In this document: piece by piece, positions 48,930 through 58,201 of the stretch
How positions within the stretch are numbered: the stretch's first letter is position 1
Layout: each line of letters starts with the position of its first letter
Assembly: GCA_014728035.1 (NCBI GenBank)
Contig: WJMJ01000071.1
Location: 32,001 to 96,000, forward strand
Origin: Promethearchaeota archaeon
GTDB lineage: Archaea; Asgardarchaeota; Thorarchaeia; Thorarchaeales; Thorarchaeaceae
Direction of reading: 5' to 3'
Length of the DNA stretch: 64,000 nt
Position numbers and translations under genes: made by a program
The notes under the pieces: generated by a model
The model's input: the letters and a program-made list of their open reading frames with translations, nothing else
Database searches by the model: none
Told to the model about the DNA's origin: nothing

Positions 48930-49979
48930 ATGGGACTACGTGAATATGTCATCAGAAGGAGCATTTACATGTTTCTTCTTGTTGTGGCGGTAGTATGTTT
49001 CAACTTCTTTCTCTTTAGACTTCCAACTCTTGTATTAGATGTCAGTCCTGTTGACCTGATGATTAGCGAAGAACTGAGAAGAAACCTTACACGTCAGGCT
49101 TTAGCCGAACTGTATCAGCGTTTCGGATTGGTTCCTGATCCTGACATTTTTGACTGGATCTACATGTTTTGGCGATACCTCGTCAACATGTTCACAGGCA
49201 ATTTCGGTCTATCCTTCTGGAATCAGCAACCAGTTATGGATGAGATTATGGAACGCCTTCCAAATACTCTCTTATTGATGGGAACATCATCTATTGTTTC
49301 TATTATTTTGGGTATCTGGACTGGTGTAAAGGTCGCAGCTGACCCCGGTTCTCGAAAAGATGTCAGTGCTGTTACATTAGCTCTCTTCATTTACTCATTA
49401 CCTATCTTTTGGTTAGGTATGATGTTGTTGATGATTTTCGCTTTCTACGTACCTGAATTGACTGGTGGGTTGATAGGATTCCCCTTAGGGAAGACAATTA
49501 CCCAACCACTTTGGGGTGTAGCAAAAGCGAGTCCTCTTGGTGGGTTATGGTTGGCAGCTGATATTCTTCATCACCTTTTCCTCCCAATGATTGCATTGGG
49601 TGTAGGTGGTTATGGTGGTTACTTCCTCTATATGCGTAACAATCTCATTGATGTTATGACTGAGGATTACATCTTGACTGCTCGTGCAAAAGGTCTTGAT
49701 GAGAATCAAGTTCTATACAAACATGGTCTAAAGAATGCTATGTTACCAATGGTTACGATTATTGCTATGACCTTCGGGTTCTTGATAAATGGAGCGACGC
49801 TTACCGAAACGGTGTTCAACTGGAACGGGTTAGGTCGCTATATTTTTGATAGCCTGTTCCGGTTAGACTATCCAGTAGTCCAAGCAATCTTTATGATCAT
49901 TGCAATCACCGCTATTCTAGCTAACTTCGTAGCTGACCTACTATATGGTGTATTAGATCCTCGGATTAAGTACGGATAG
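48930..49979 (+). CDS. oppB: oligopeptide ABC permease
   Basis: GNFGLSF, RLPNTLLL, SLPIFWLG, DYILTARAKGL, ETVFNWNGLG, LDPRI. Confidence 0.9.
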   Translation: MGLREYVIRRSIYMFLLVVAVVCFNFFLFRLPTLVLDVSPVDLMISEELRRNLTRQALAELYQRFGLVPDPDIFDWIYMFWRYLVNMFTGNFGLSFWNQQPVMDEIMERLPNTLLLMGTSSIVSIILGIWTGVKVAADPGSRKDVSAVTLALFIYSLPIFWLGMMLLMIFAFYVPELTGGLIGFPLGKTITQPLWGVAKASPLGGLWLAADILHHLFLPMIALGVGGYGGYFLYMRNNLIDVMTEDYILTARAKGLDENQVLYKHGLKNAMLPMVTIIAMTFGFLINGATLTETVFNWNGLGRYIFDSLFRLDYPVVQAIFMIIAITAILANFVADLLYGVLDPRIKYG

Positions 49980-49999
49980 TTGTTTCAGCTATTAGGAAT

Positions 50000-50033
50000 C
50001 GGCCCTACTGGGCCGCATTTCTTTTTCTTTTTT
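50000..50033 (+). terminator. hairpin + oligo-T after oppB
   Basis: cggccc-tact-gggccg followed by catttctttttctttttt. Confidence 0.65.
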
Positions 50034-50240
50034 AAGATTCTACCAAAAATATCTGATGATATTGGTACTACTACTCAATACATTTAATCGCGAGTAGTGG
50101 AATATGTCTACACTTAATCTGCCTACTATCATTATTGTCAGCTATTTCAATGTGTACTGAAATGAACAATAACGCTTTTATTACCCTCTATCTTATTTGA
50201 TGTATCCGATTTCGACTCGGAAAAGGAGATAGAGAGAATT

Positions 50241-52076
50241 ATGGCTAGCACACGTGTGAAAAGATTTGTTGCTTTGTCACTCGTTACTGCTTTTATGTTG
50301 ATGGCTGTTTCTCCAGCTCTTGTCGTTGCACAGGATGGACTTCCTGGTCATGCAAAGTCAGGGCCTTATATTGACAAACTGGTCTTCAACGTAATCACAG
50401 GTGACGACGCACAAGTCCTCGCACTGAAAAACGATGAAATCGATCTTATCGGTGACATGGTTGACCCAGGTTTCCTCCCTGAATTAGAAGAGGATGATAA
50501 TATCGAGGTCGCTAATGTACTCCGAAATGGATATGGATACGTTACAATAAATTGTGACAAATACCCACTTAACTATACAGCCTTCCGTCGAGCTCTTGCT
50601 TTTGCATTAGATAAAAACGCAATCTCAGACCAAGTTTGGGACAGTCTATCGGTACCACAGGACTCCTGTGTGCCACAGGTGAACCCATTCTCAATTGAAG
50701 GTGACCTACCATACACTTACTACGCAGCCAACGTACAGAAGGGTAAGAATCTACTTGCTCAGGCTGGGTTTGCAAACGTAGACGATGATGACTTCTTAGA
50801 GGCACCTAATGGTGAAGACTTTGACATCCTCGTAGAATGTGCACAATCTTCTGAGATTGCTGTTGAAGTAGGTCAGAAAGTTGCAGAAGCTCTACAGGCA
50901 TTAGATATTGATGCTACTTCAATCGCAACAGACTTCTATGAATATCTTAACCGTCTTTACTTCCACTTAGATTATGATATCGTCTTCCTTGGTTCAAGTT
51001 TCAGCACATTTGATGTTGACTGGCTCGCTTATGAGTACTGGTCAGATTATGCAGATGAACCATACTGGAACTTCCCTAACTTCAGAAACGATTCATATGA
51101 TGATTGGAGAGATGAGCTCCTCTATGGTACCACTTTTGAAGAGGTATATGAGGCAGCTATTGAGATGCAGAAGATCTGGGTATTTGAGTGTCCAATGATC
51201 ATCTGTTACGAAAACGTTCTTCTTTCCGCCTACCGAACTGACAAGTTCGAGGGATTTGTCAACGATGTTAGTGATGGTGTACCTGGATGGTGGACCAACT
51301 ATAAGGTTCACAGAAAGGCCGCTGGTCAAGAGATTGGTGGAACTTTCCGCTGGAGCAACCCTCTAGACATCGACACCTTCAACTTCATGACAAGCTCCTC
51401 TGCTTATGCAGCTAATATCAATAACCAGCTTTGGGATAGTCTTATCACCCAGGACTCACAGGGTAATGACGTCAACTGGCTCTGTGAAGACTTCACAACT
51501 GAGACCCATGACGACAACCCAGCAGTACCTGATGGTCACACTAGGTTTACCTTCAATATGATCCAGAACGCAACCTGGACCGATGGTACTCCTATTACTG
51601 CAGAGGATGTTGCCTACTCGTTGAACTTCTTCAAGACTTCAGCTGGCAACCCCTATGGTGCAGACCTGACAGACCTCGCAGCAGCTTATGCCCAGACTCC
51701 TTACACACTCGTTGTAGAGTTTGATACGGAATCATATTGGCACCTGCACACGGTCTCATACAAACCTATCCTACCTAAGCACATCTTCACCGACCCAAGC
51801 TTCCCAACTTGGAACGAGTGGGATCCTGACCCAACTGACCCTGACGAAGAATTCTTTGTCACCTCTGGTCCATTTACCGTATCTGAGTCCGTTGACGGTG
51901 AGTTCACAGAACTCGAATACAACCCCAACTACTTCTACGGTATTGAGCACCCAGATGTCACTGATACAACTGATGCTCCTGTAGCACCAGATGTTTTGAT
52001 GGCAGTTGTAGCTGGCGCTGTTGGCGCTGCAGTGGTCATCCTCGTTGGTGGATATGTCCTGATGAGGCAAAAGTAG
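50241..52076 (+). CDS. oppA: peptide ABC transporter substrate-binding protein (family 5), signal peptide + C-terminal TM anchor
   Basis: FRRALAFALDK, WTDGTPITAEDV, SGPF, YNPNYF; N-terminal signal and C-terminal TM segment. Confidence 0.85.
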   Translation: MASTRVKRFVALSLVTAFMLMAVSPALVVAQDGLPGHAKSGPYIDKLVFNVITGDDAQVLALKNDEIDLIGDMVDPGFLPELEEDDNIEVANVLRNGYGYVTINCDKYPLNYTAFRRALAFALDKNAISDQVWDSLSVPQDSCVPQVNPFSIEGDLPYTYYAANVQKGKNLLAQAGFANVDDDDFLEAPNGEDFDILVECAQSSEIAVEVGQKVAEALQALDIDATSIATDFYEYLNRLYFHLDYDIVFLGSSFSTFDVDWLAYEYWSDYADEPYWNFPNFRNDSYDDWRDELLYGTTFEEVYEAAIEMQKIWVFECPMIICYENVLLSAYRTDKFEGFVNDVSDGVPGWWTNYKVHRKAAGQEIGGTFRWSNPLDIDTFNFMTSSSAYAANINNQLWDSLITQDSQGNDVNWLCEDFTTETHDDNPAVPDGHTRFTFNMIQNATWTDGTPITAEDVAYSLNFFKTSAGNPYGADLTDLAAAYAQTPYTLVVEFDTESYWHLHTVSYKPILPKHIFTDPSFPTWNEWDPDPTDPDEEFFVTSGPFTVSESVDGEFTELEYNPNYFYGIEHPDVTDTTDAPVAPDVLMAVVAGAVGAAVVILVGGYVLMRQK

Positions 52077-52093
52077 AACCATTTTTAGTATAC

Positions 52094-52125
52094 AGGGGAC
52101 TCTGTCCCCTATTCCTTTCTTTTTT
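52094..52125 (+). terminator. hairpin + oligo-T after oppA
   Basis: aggggac-tct-gtcccct followed by attcctttctttttt. Confidence 0.65.
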
Positions 52126-52222
52126 CCATTAATTTCTTTAGTTACATTTTATCGTTTATTACCAAGATAGATGACCTCATTAGTGATTTAGTAGACGTAT
52201 TTGTTGAAGAATGTAGAAATTT

Positions 52223-53110
52223 ATGCAAAGGTGTTTGTTCTTGAAAATTAATAGATCGCGAATCATACTTATCCTTCTATCGATATTTCCATTAGTTATT
52301 GGGTCTGCTATCGGAATCTCCGTACTTGGTAGTGGTCTTATTGGGCGAATAATATCAGAATCTTACAATTATAGTGTGTCCGATATAATCATACAAGCAA
52401 TAGTATCGACAGGGTTGGGTGCACTTGTAGTTTTAGCTTTATTCACAGTAATGAAGAGAGGTGGACGTGGTACAAGGAAAATTGTTGTCGCATTTGTTGT
52501 ATCGCCCATTCTCTATTTTGTTTCTTTGTTTGTAAGTCAGGTTTTCCTGCTTATACTACTAAAGGGATCTGAAGATGTATGGTTTGGACTTTTATCTCTT
52601 TTTTCTCTGGCTGTTGCAATGGTATCTTTAGCTCTTTTGGTAATTGATGCAATTCCACCAACAGTCCGCAATCTGTTTGTAATATTTTATGGAAGTGTTT
52701 TTGGTGTATTCATGGGATTAACCTTAATCACTTCTACGATGTTTGTGATGATATTAACACTAATAGTCGAAGACTATTTCCTTACAAGACATTCTCCAGC
52801 AATTGATGATATACAGATGGATGACCGTTTAGGATCTGATCCATTTGATTATACCCGCATAAAGACAGAGAGTGTTTCTATTGGTGCTGGCGATTATGTT
52901 ACATTCTCTTTGATTTCATCCCATACTGTTGCCTTCTTTCCTTGGTATGTCTGGGTTATGTCCATGGCACTTGCCTCTGTGGGTATTATCATAAATATCA
53001 CTATTTTGGCTAAAGAGGATGATATACTCCCAGCTATTCCTCTCCCTGCTGGTTTAGCTTTACTACCATGGATTCTTCACATTGCATCTCTTTTTATCCT
53101 TGGAGCTTGA
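52223..53110 (+). CDS. presenilin/SPP-like (A22) intramembrane aspartyl protease
   Basis: About nine TM segments; TM Asp (VEDYF), GAGD, LPAIP (PAL-like). Confidence 0.65.
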   Translation: MQRCLFLKINRSRIILILLSIFPLVIGSAIGISVLGSGLIGRIISESYNYSVSDIIIQAIVSTGLGALVVLALFTVMKRGGRGTRKIVVAFVVSPILYFVSLFVSQVFLLILLKGSEDVWFGLLSLFSLAVAMVSLALLVIDAIPPTVRNLFVIFYGSVFGVFMGLTLITSTMFVMILTLIVEDYFLTRHSPAIDDIQMDDRLGSDPFDYTRIKTESVSIGAGDYVTFSLISSHTVAFFPWYVWVMSMALASVGIIINITILAKEDDILPAIPLPAGLALLPWILHIASLFILGA

Positions 53111-53203
53111 TAGGGAAAGAATAAAAGTCGATATTGGTCGAGTACAACTGCGTAAAGCAAAAGGGGTATATTTAGCTCGAATTATTATCACTGGTGAAGA
53201 GAA

Positions 53204-53737
53204 ATGATATCTGGTGAGAAGACTCAAAATGCGATTGTCATATCAGTCATGCTAATCGCTATTATTAGTGGTGCATCACTTTATTCATCCGCCCAGTATT
53301 TCAGTGGTGCCAATATAATCACAAACTTTCTTGAGATTGATTTGGTTGGACTAGAAATAACTAATTTGGATCCAATAAATAGGACAAATCCCCGCCTTTC
53401 GGTATCATTTCGATTTCAAGCTCCTCAAGTTCCTGCAGGTTCAATACGTCTTAGTGCTCTTGATTGTGATGTTAGCATTAATGGGTCGGCACTAAGTGGA
53501 AAGGATATTGGACTAATTGTTCCTCCTGAATACAGGACAGTAGGATCAGAATATGATGAAACCTTAAACATGTCGATTAATATCGAATTTGAATCGGATA
53601 AAAATACTGTTTACAATGCATCTAGTTCTGGCGAATGGAATTTCATCATCGAATTGACAGTAGGATATTCTACTTTTCAATCTAGAAGCACAAATATCAT
53701 AATACAAGTTTGGGCATCAGATGGTTTCATTGTCTGA
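53204..53737 (+). CDS. membrane-anchored beta-sandwich (LEA_2-like) protein
   Basis: One N-terminal TM segment, then a beta-rich domain with several NxS/T sequons. Confidence 0.55.
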   Translation: MISGEKTQNAIVISVMLIAIISGASLYSSAQYFSGANIITNFLEIDLVGLEITNLDPINRTNPRLSVSFRFQAPQVPAGSIRLSALDCDVSINGSALSGKDIGLIVPPEYRTVGSEYDETLNMSINIEFESDKNTVYNASSSGEWNFIIELTVGYSTFQSRSTNIIIQVWASDGFIV

Positions 53738-54751
53738 TGCCAAGCGTTTCTTGAGTATTTGTATCCTGTCCACATTGATTGGATCCACACCAATAATGTT
53801 GGCAAGGTTGACTGATACTCTATCAAGATAATGTGTTATAGCCAAAGTTTCCTCCAGTTTTGATTGACTTCTCAATTTGATACTAACTGGTTCACACCCG
53901 TAGTCTTTGTATATATCATGGGTAATATCAAATCTCTGGCTTATCCTTCGAGTTTCGTGTACACTCCTAAGGAAAATTGGTACAAGCTTTTTTTCTGTGA
54001 ATGTTAGAACCGACTCTATCTCATTGTGATTTACTTCAGGTAGCTCTGAATAGAATGCTGCAGCTTTTGCATTTTCGTTTATTTGACATTTAGCTCGATA
54101 TGCTACTGGAAACAGGTGAGACCATCCGGTGAAAATTGGAATTTTTCCTACAAGAAATTGAGCAAAGTCTTCTGGCTTTCTAATCTCAGTACCCCATTGT
54201 TTCTGGGTTTTTTTCAGTTGTGCTGCAATCAATTTCAAATCAATATGCTCTTTTCCTAGCAGTAACTCGATTGTCGGAAAAACAGCTGAGAATATTAGTG
54301 GAAGGGCTGCACGTGGTTGAAAGCCTTTTGGAAGCACATGAGTACGATTTGATGGAACTTCTGTCCTCATTTTCCCTCCACTTGTGATTGCAAAACATGT
54401 AGAGCCCTTTTTTTTGGCTTCTCGAAGTGATAAGAGAGTTTCTTCTGTGTTACCTGAATAGCTAACTGCGATTATAATCCATGATTGCTTTACAAATTTC
54501 GGAATTGAATAGTTCCGGACTGAAATGATTGGCACATCTGAGTGTATTACTCCTTTTGTAAGCAATCCTGAAATAGCACTTCCACCCATTCCAAGTAGAC
54601 AAATTCCTTCAATATTATCTTTTTTTGCGAGCTGGATACTTTGTCGAAATTCTTGCGTTAATGTTGTAATTTGGAGCATTTCAGGGAATGCATCAACCAT
54701 CGATTGCATATCTGTTCTATCTATTTCTCCCAGGAGATTCATTTCAATCAA
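53717..54751 (-). CDS. bifunctional phosphoglucose/phosphomannose isomerase
   Basis: GMGGSAI, SYSGNTEET, ITSGG, QPRAA, QINENAK, PEVNHNEI. Confidence 0.9.
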   Translation of the reverse strand: MIEMNLLGEIDRTDMQSMVDAFPEMLQITTLTQEFRQSIQLAKKDNIEGICLLGMGGSAISGLLTKGVIHSDVPIISVRNYSIPKFVKQSWIIIAVSYSGNTEETLLSLREAKKKGSTCFAITSGGKMRTEVPSNRTHVLPKGFQPRAALPLIFSAVFPTIELLLGKEHIDLKLIAAQLKKTQKQWGTEIRKPEDFAQFLVGKIPIFTGWSHLFPVAYRAKCQINENAKAAAFYSELPEVNHNEIESVLTFTEKKLVPIFLRSVHETRRISQRFDITHDIYKDYGCEPVSIKLRSQSKLEETLAITHYLDRVSVNLANIIGVDPINVDRIQILKKRLASDNETI

Positions 54752-54853
54752 GAAGATTTCATCAGTTTTATATATATCCTGATTGGTGATTTTTGGTTTA
54801 GATGATAAGACTAAAAACGAGCTTCTTAATGCAATACAGTATCCCCTATCTTT

Positions 54854-55375
54854 TTGGAGGATATTGAAATGGGAATTATGCGGACTGCTGCAGTGAAAGG
54901 GATAATCCCTGCTGGAAACAAAGTGACTGAACTACGAAGTAACCTTACTCGTTTGATGAATGAATGTGCAATTGTCTTGGAAGAACGATTCGGACAGGAG
55001 GGCTTAGATGCCTTAACTGAAGTTTTCAGCCGTCTAGGGTCACAAGATGCCAAATCGATGAAGGAACGGTTAAGATTAGATAATGGATTGGAAGATGCAT
55101 CAGATGCTTGGAAAGTAATAGGCCATATGTTTGGAGCAAAAATGAATGATACTTGGAAATCAGAAGAGTATGTTGAGTTCGATCATCCGTTCTGCCCTCA
55201 ACATTCTGAATTTCAAAAACATAATGCATTATACTGCGATACTGTTTGTTTGCCCTATGTAAAAGCAGTAGCTGAAGGTATTGCTCCTGGTATATCTGTC
55301 GGTGTTGTAAGAAAAGCAACAAAAGATAGTACTTGTATAAAATCGCTCGAATTGGAGAAACCGAGAAGTGAGTAG
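54854..55375 (+). CDS. V4R/ATC-hydrolase-like Cys-containing protein
   Basis: CP...C...C...C pattern (FCPQH, YCDTVC, TC). Confidence 0.55.
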   Translation: MEDIEMGIMRTAAVKGIIPAGNKVTELRSNLTRLMNECAIVLEERFGQEGLDALTEVFSRLGSQDAKSMKERLRLDNGLEDASDAWKVIGHMFGAKMNDTWKSEEYVEFDHPFCPQHSEFQKHNALYCDTVCLPYVKAVAEGIAPGISVGVVRKATKDSTCIKSLELEKPRSE

Positions 55376-56021
55376 TTTTTCAAGCACTTTAATAGAATTT
55401 AGAGTAGGGAGTAATCTTCTATCAGGCATATTGGAATCGAAAACTAATGAACATCTTTTTGTTATGTTCTTATTGCATCCTCATCCTCTTTTTGGTGGAG
55501 ATATGCATAATGAGGTAATTAGAGAAATTGCTCTACATCTCCAACACATAGGAGTTGATACTTTCAGATTTAATTTCAGAGGTAGTGGAGATAGCAAATC
55601 CGACTATGCTGGTGTCGATGGGGCTGTTGCTGATTTGCGTAATGCGGTTGATAAAGTACAATCAGTAACTGGAATATCAAAATACAGTTTCTTAGGCTAT
55701 TCCTTTGGTGCTTCTATCGCATTAATATCGACTGGAATAATGGATCCAAATTATGTTATCGCTCTAAGCCCATCATATAGTCTTATCCAAGAAACCTCAA
55801 ATCATGATGATATCTTACAGAATATTTCCTGTCCAACGCTTCTTATTCACGGATCTAGAGATATGACTGTTCCAATAAAGAATTCAATCATTATCGCCAA
55901 AAAAATCGAAGATTCATTACTCACGAAAATCATATTGAATGAAGGACATTTTTATCTCAATAAACTTCCTCACACATGCGAAATTATAAAGGACTATATC
56001 ACAAGCCAGAAACCTCAATAA
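55368..56021 (+). CDS. alpha/beta hydrolase
   Basis: HPHPLFGG, RFNFRG, GYSFG, HGSRD, GHF. Confidence 0.85.
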   Translation: MSSFSSTLIEFRVGSNLLSGILESKTNEHLFVMFLLHPHPLFGGDMHNEVIREIALHLQHIGVDTFRFNFRGSGDSKSDYAGVDGAVADLRNAVDKVQSVTGISKYSFLGYSFGASIALISTGIMDPNYVIALSPSYSLIQETSNHDDILQNISCPTLLIHGSRDMTVPIKNSIIIAKKIEDSLLTKIILNEGHFYLNKLPHTCEIIKDYITSQKPQ

Positions 56022-56083
56022 CAGTATATTGAGTATGAAACATATCATTAGGTTTCAAAACATAGAACGCGAGGACCAGAGAA

Positions 56084-56770
56084 TTGCTGAAAGCAGTACT
56101 CTTTGACATGGATGGAACAATAACTGAATTGACATTGCCCTTGGAGGCAATGCGTAGTGACACAAAGAAATTCTTTCTAGAACGAGGTCTACCTTCTAGT
56201 CTTCTGACTATAGATGATGGAATTTCTAGTACTAAATACAAAGCTAAAACCTACTTCTCAGATAATGGTATTTCGGAAGAAGATTGGAAGCAGATGGAAC
56301 TTGATCTTGATGTGGTTCTGAATTCCCATGAGGGTGATGCTGCTAAAAACACCTTGATTATTCCAGGTACTTTAGAATCAGTACAGCAGATTAGAACCCT
56401 TGGCTTGAAGACTGCAGTTCTAACTAACAATGGTCGTCATGCGGTGGATATAATATTACAAACTCATCCTTTCCATGAATATTTTGACATTATTCAGACC
56501 AGAAATGAATCCCCTAACCCCAAACCATATCCTGACGGTCTCCTAAAATTAGTGCGTTATTTGAACCTTAAGGTTGATGAGGTAGTATATGTTGGGGATG
56601 CTCGTATAGATGCGGCTGCTGCACAAGCTGCAGGTATCGAGTTTTGGGGTGTTTCTACTGGTGAAACTTCAAAACAAGTTTTGGTAAGTGTTGGTTCGGA
56701 TTTGGTATTTTCTTCTCTGAATGAGGTTGCTAAAGAAGTTAAGAATCGGATAGACAATGAACTTGACTAG
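56084..56770 (+). CDS. HAD-superfamily hydrolase (phosphoglycolate phosphatase-like)
   Basis: FDMDGT, LTNN, KPYPDG, VGDARID. Confidence 0.85.
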   Translation: MLKAVLFDMDGTITELTLPLEAMRSDTKKFFLERGLPSSLLTIDDGISSTKYKAKTYFSDNGISEEDWKQMELDLDVVLNSHEGDAAKNTLIIPGTLESVQQIRTLGLKTAVLTNNGRHAVDIILQTHPFHEYFDIIQTRNESPNPKPYPDGLLKLVRYLNLKVDEVVYVGDARIDAAAAQAAGIEFWGVSTGETSKQVLVSVGSDLVFSSLNEVAKEVKNRIDNELD

Positions 56771-57038
56771 ACCTCTCTGACCAAATGTTAAGTCAGTATT
56801 TTATAGGTAGTCTGTTTTATCTTGGAAAACGTACTCCCTCTGATATTTTGATAATTTGGTCTTCTTTGAAAGAAACACCGCTTTTTTCCCCATCTATTTA
56901 CATTCTCCTTAAGCTTTAGGTTTCTTAGGAAACTTTTCACTGTTCGTTCGTGTTATATGGCTTTGAGATATAGTTGTTAGCAAGGCATACACCTCAATGT
57001 GATAACAACTACAACCACCATGGAGATTATTCGATACA

Positions 57039-57446
57039 ATGAAACTAGACGAGGGTACTTATGTGATATTACAGTCTGCTCAAGGAGCATATGCATGTAG
57101 AACGTTACCAATTCCAAAACATTGGAATCCTATAAGCAGACCTCATGTAGCCTTGCTAATTCCGGATAATGGGAAAGTATTCAAACTATATCTTTCTGAA
57201 CCAAATTTGGAATGCACTCTAGAAGGCAATCCCATTTTGGTTTCTGATTTTGATACTATTCCTGATAGAGCAATTATTGAAATAAGATATACATGTCTCA
57301 ACTATTGCTTCTACAGACGTGATCGTGATATCTGGATCAAGGTTGCAGAAGCAGATTCCCCGTTCATAATCGAAGTTTTTTCTTATGGTTATGATTCAAT
57401 CATTGTAGAAACATCTCCTTTTCCACAGGTATTTGATTTCTGTTAG
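57039..57446 (+). CDS. hypothetical protein
   Basis: 135-aa ORF with GGAG upstream. Confidence 0.5.
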   Translation: MKLDEGTYVILQSAQGAYACRTLPIPKHWNPISRPHVALLIPDNGKVFKLYLSEPNLECTLEGNPILVSDFDTIPDRAIIEIRYTCLNYCFYRRDRDIWIKVAEADSPFIIEVFSYGYDSIIVETSPFPQVFDFC

Positions 57447-57465
57447 AGGTGTAGAATAACTAAGT

Positions 57466-57499
57466 AAAAGACAGAATGGGGGGGAGACCTCCCTCATTC
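57466..57499. terminator. hairpin terminator, possibly bidirectional
   Basis: gaatggg...ga-gacc-tccctcattc. On the minus strand it is followed by tgtctttt. Confidence 0.55.
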
Positions 57500-57526
57500 A
57501 AAATAATAATTTTTGCATCATAAACA

Positions 57527-57720
57527 AATTGAAGGTGCGAGGTGCGCCAGGAAAAATAGTACGCTTGGTTGCTTGAGGAGGTTAATCGCGACTTTTTCAG
57601 TGCGATTGGAGGAGAGGATGTGTGCACCTTTTGTGCAATCAGGATTTTTCAGGAGGGAGCATCACTATTGATGACATTCGTCAAATGTGATGTTTGGCGC
57701 TCCTCGACACGCATTCAATT
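57527..57720 (-). ncRNA. candidate structured small RNA 1 (multibranch, CCUCC linkers; strand uncertain)
   Basis: Long closing stem (aattgaa..cgagg.gcgcca / tggcgc.cctcg..ttcaatt) and three internal hairpins. TTTTAAAT lies ~20 nt upstream on the minus strand, with a terminator downstream. Confidence 0.5.
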
Positions 57721-57858
57721 GTATGTACCACAATAATACATTTAAAACTTGTGATAATCTCTATTAATTATTCTATTTATTGCGATTTTCACAATATTTG
57801 GCGGGGATTAGGTTCGTCCAAGAATTGATTATATAGTTTTGAACATATTATATTATTA

Positions 57859-57941
57859 GGAACGACCTGAGGACTATTCTTGTTATGATCATTCCGTAAC
57901 ATTCTCTCTCCTCCTCCAGCGTTAATTTCTCAGGTCGCTCT
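57859..57941 (+). ncRNA. candidate small RNA 2 (closing stem, CUCUCUCCUCCUCC loop)
   Basis: Stem cgacctgag/ctcaggtcg and internal hairpin tgttatg/cgtaaca. TTATATAG at 57829-57836 and a pyrimidine tail. Confidence 0.4.
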
Positions 57942-58009
57942 TCTTCTTCTATTAATATCATCAACTTATCATCACAATAATAAAACACCCATGTTGACAT
58001 TACATACAC

Positions 58010-58040
58010 TTATATTATAATATATTATATTATAATATAA
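58010..58040. repeat. tandem duplication of an AT-only palindrome
   Basis: ttatattataatata + ttatattataatataa; the 16-mer is its own reverse complement. Confidence 0.7.
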
Positions 58041-58201
58041 CGGGGGCCACAATCATCCGCTACACACACCCTCTCTCTCAGATTTGACGTCCAATTCCAC
58101 AAGCGCTGCGGATTCGATTCCTCCTATTTTTGGCCCCCAGACCTTCTGCTATCCAGCAAGTTTTAAAGGACTTCTACATTGCACTCGAATGGAGAAGAAC
58201 A

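Noticed and set aside
57693-57804. E2F-consensus-like sites TTTGGCGC (57693) and TTTGGCGG (57797)
   Set aside because: A few such 8-mers are expected by chance in 64 kb. The first is part of an RNA stem, and I saw none upstream of the E2F-like gene.
57447-58200. CRISPR array, tRNA or IS element in the long intergenic region
   Set aside because: No regularly spaced direct repeats, no cloverleaf or T-loop consensus, and no transposase.
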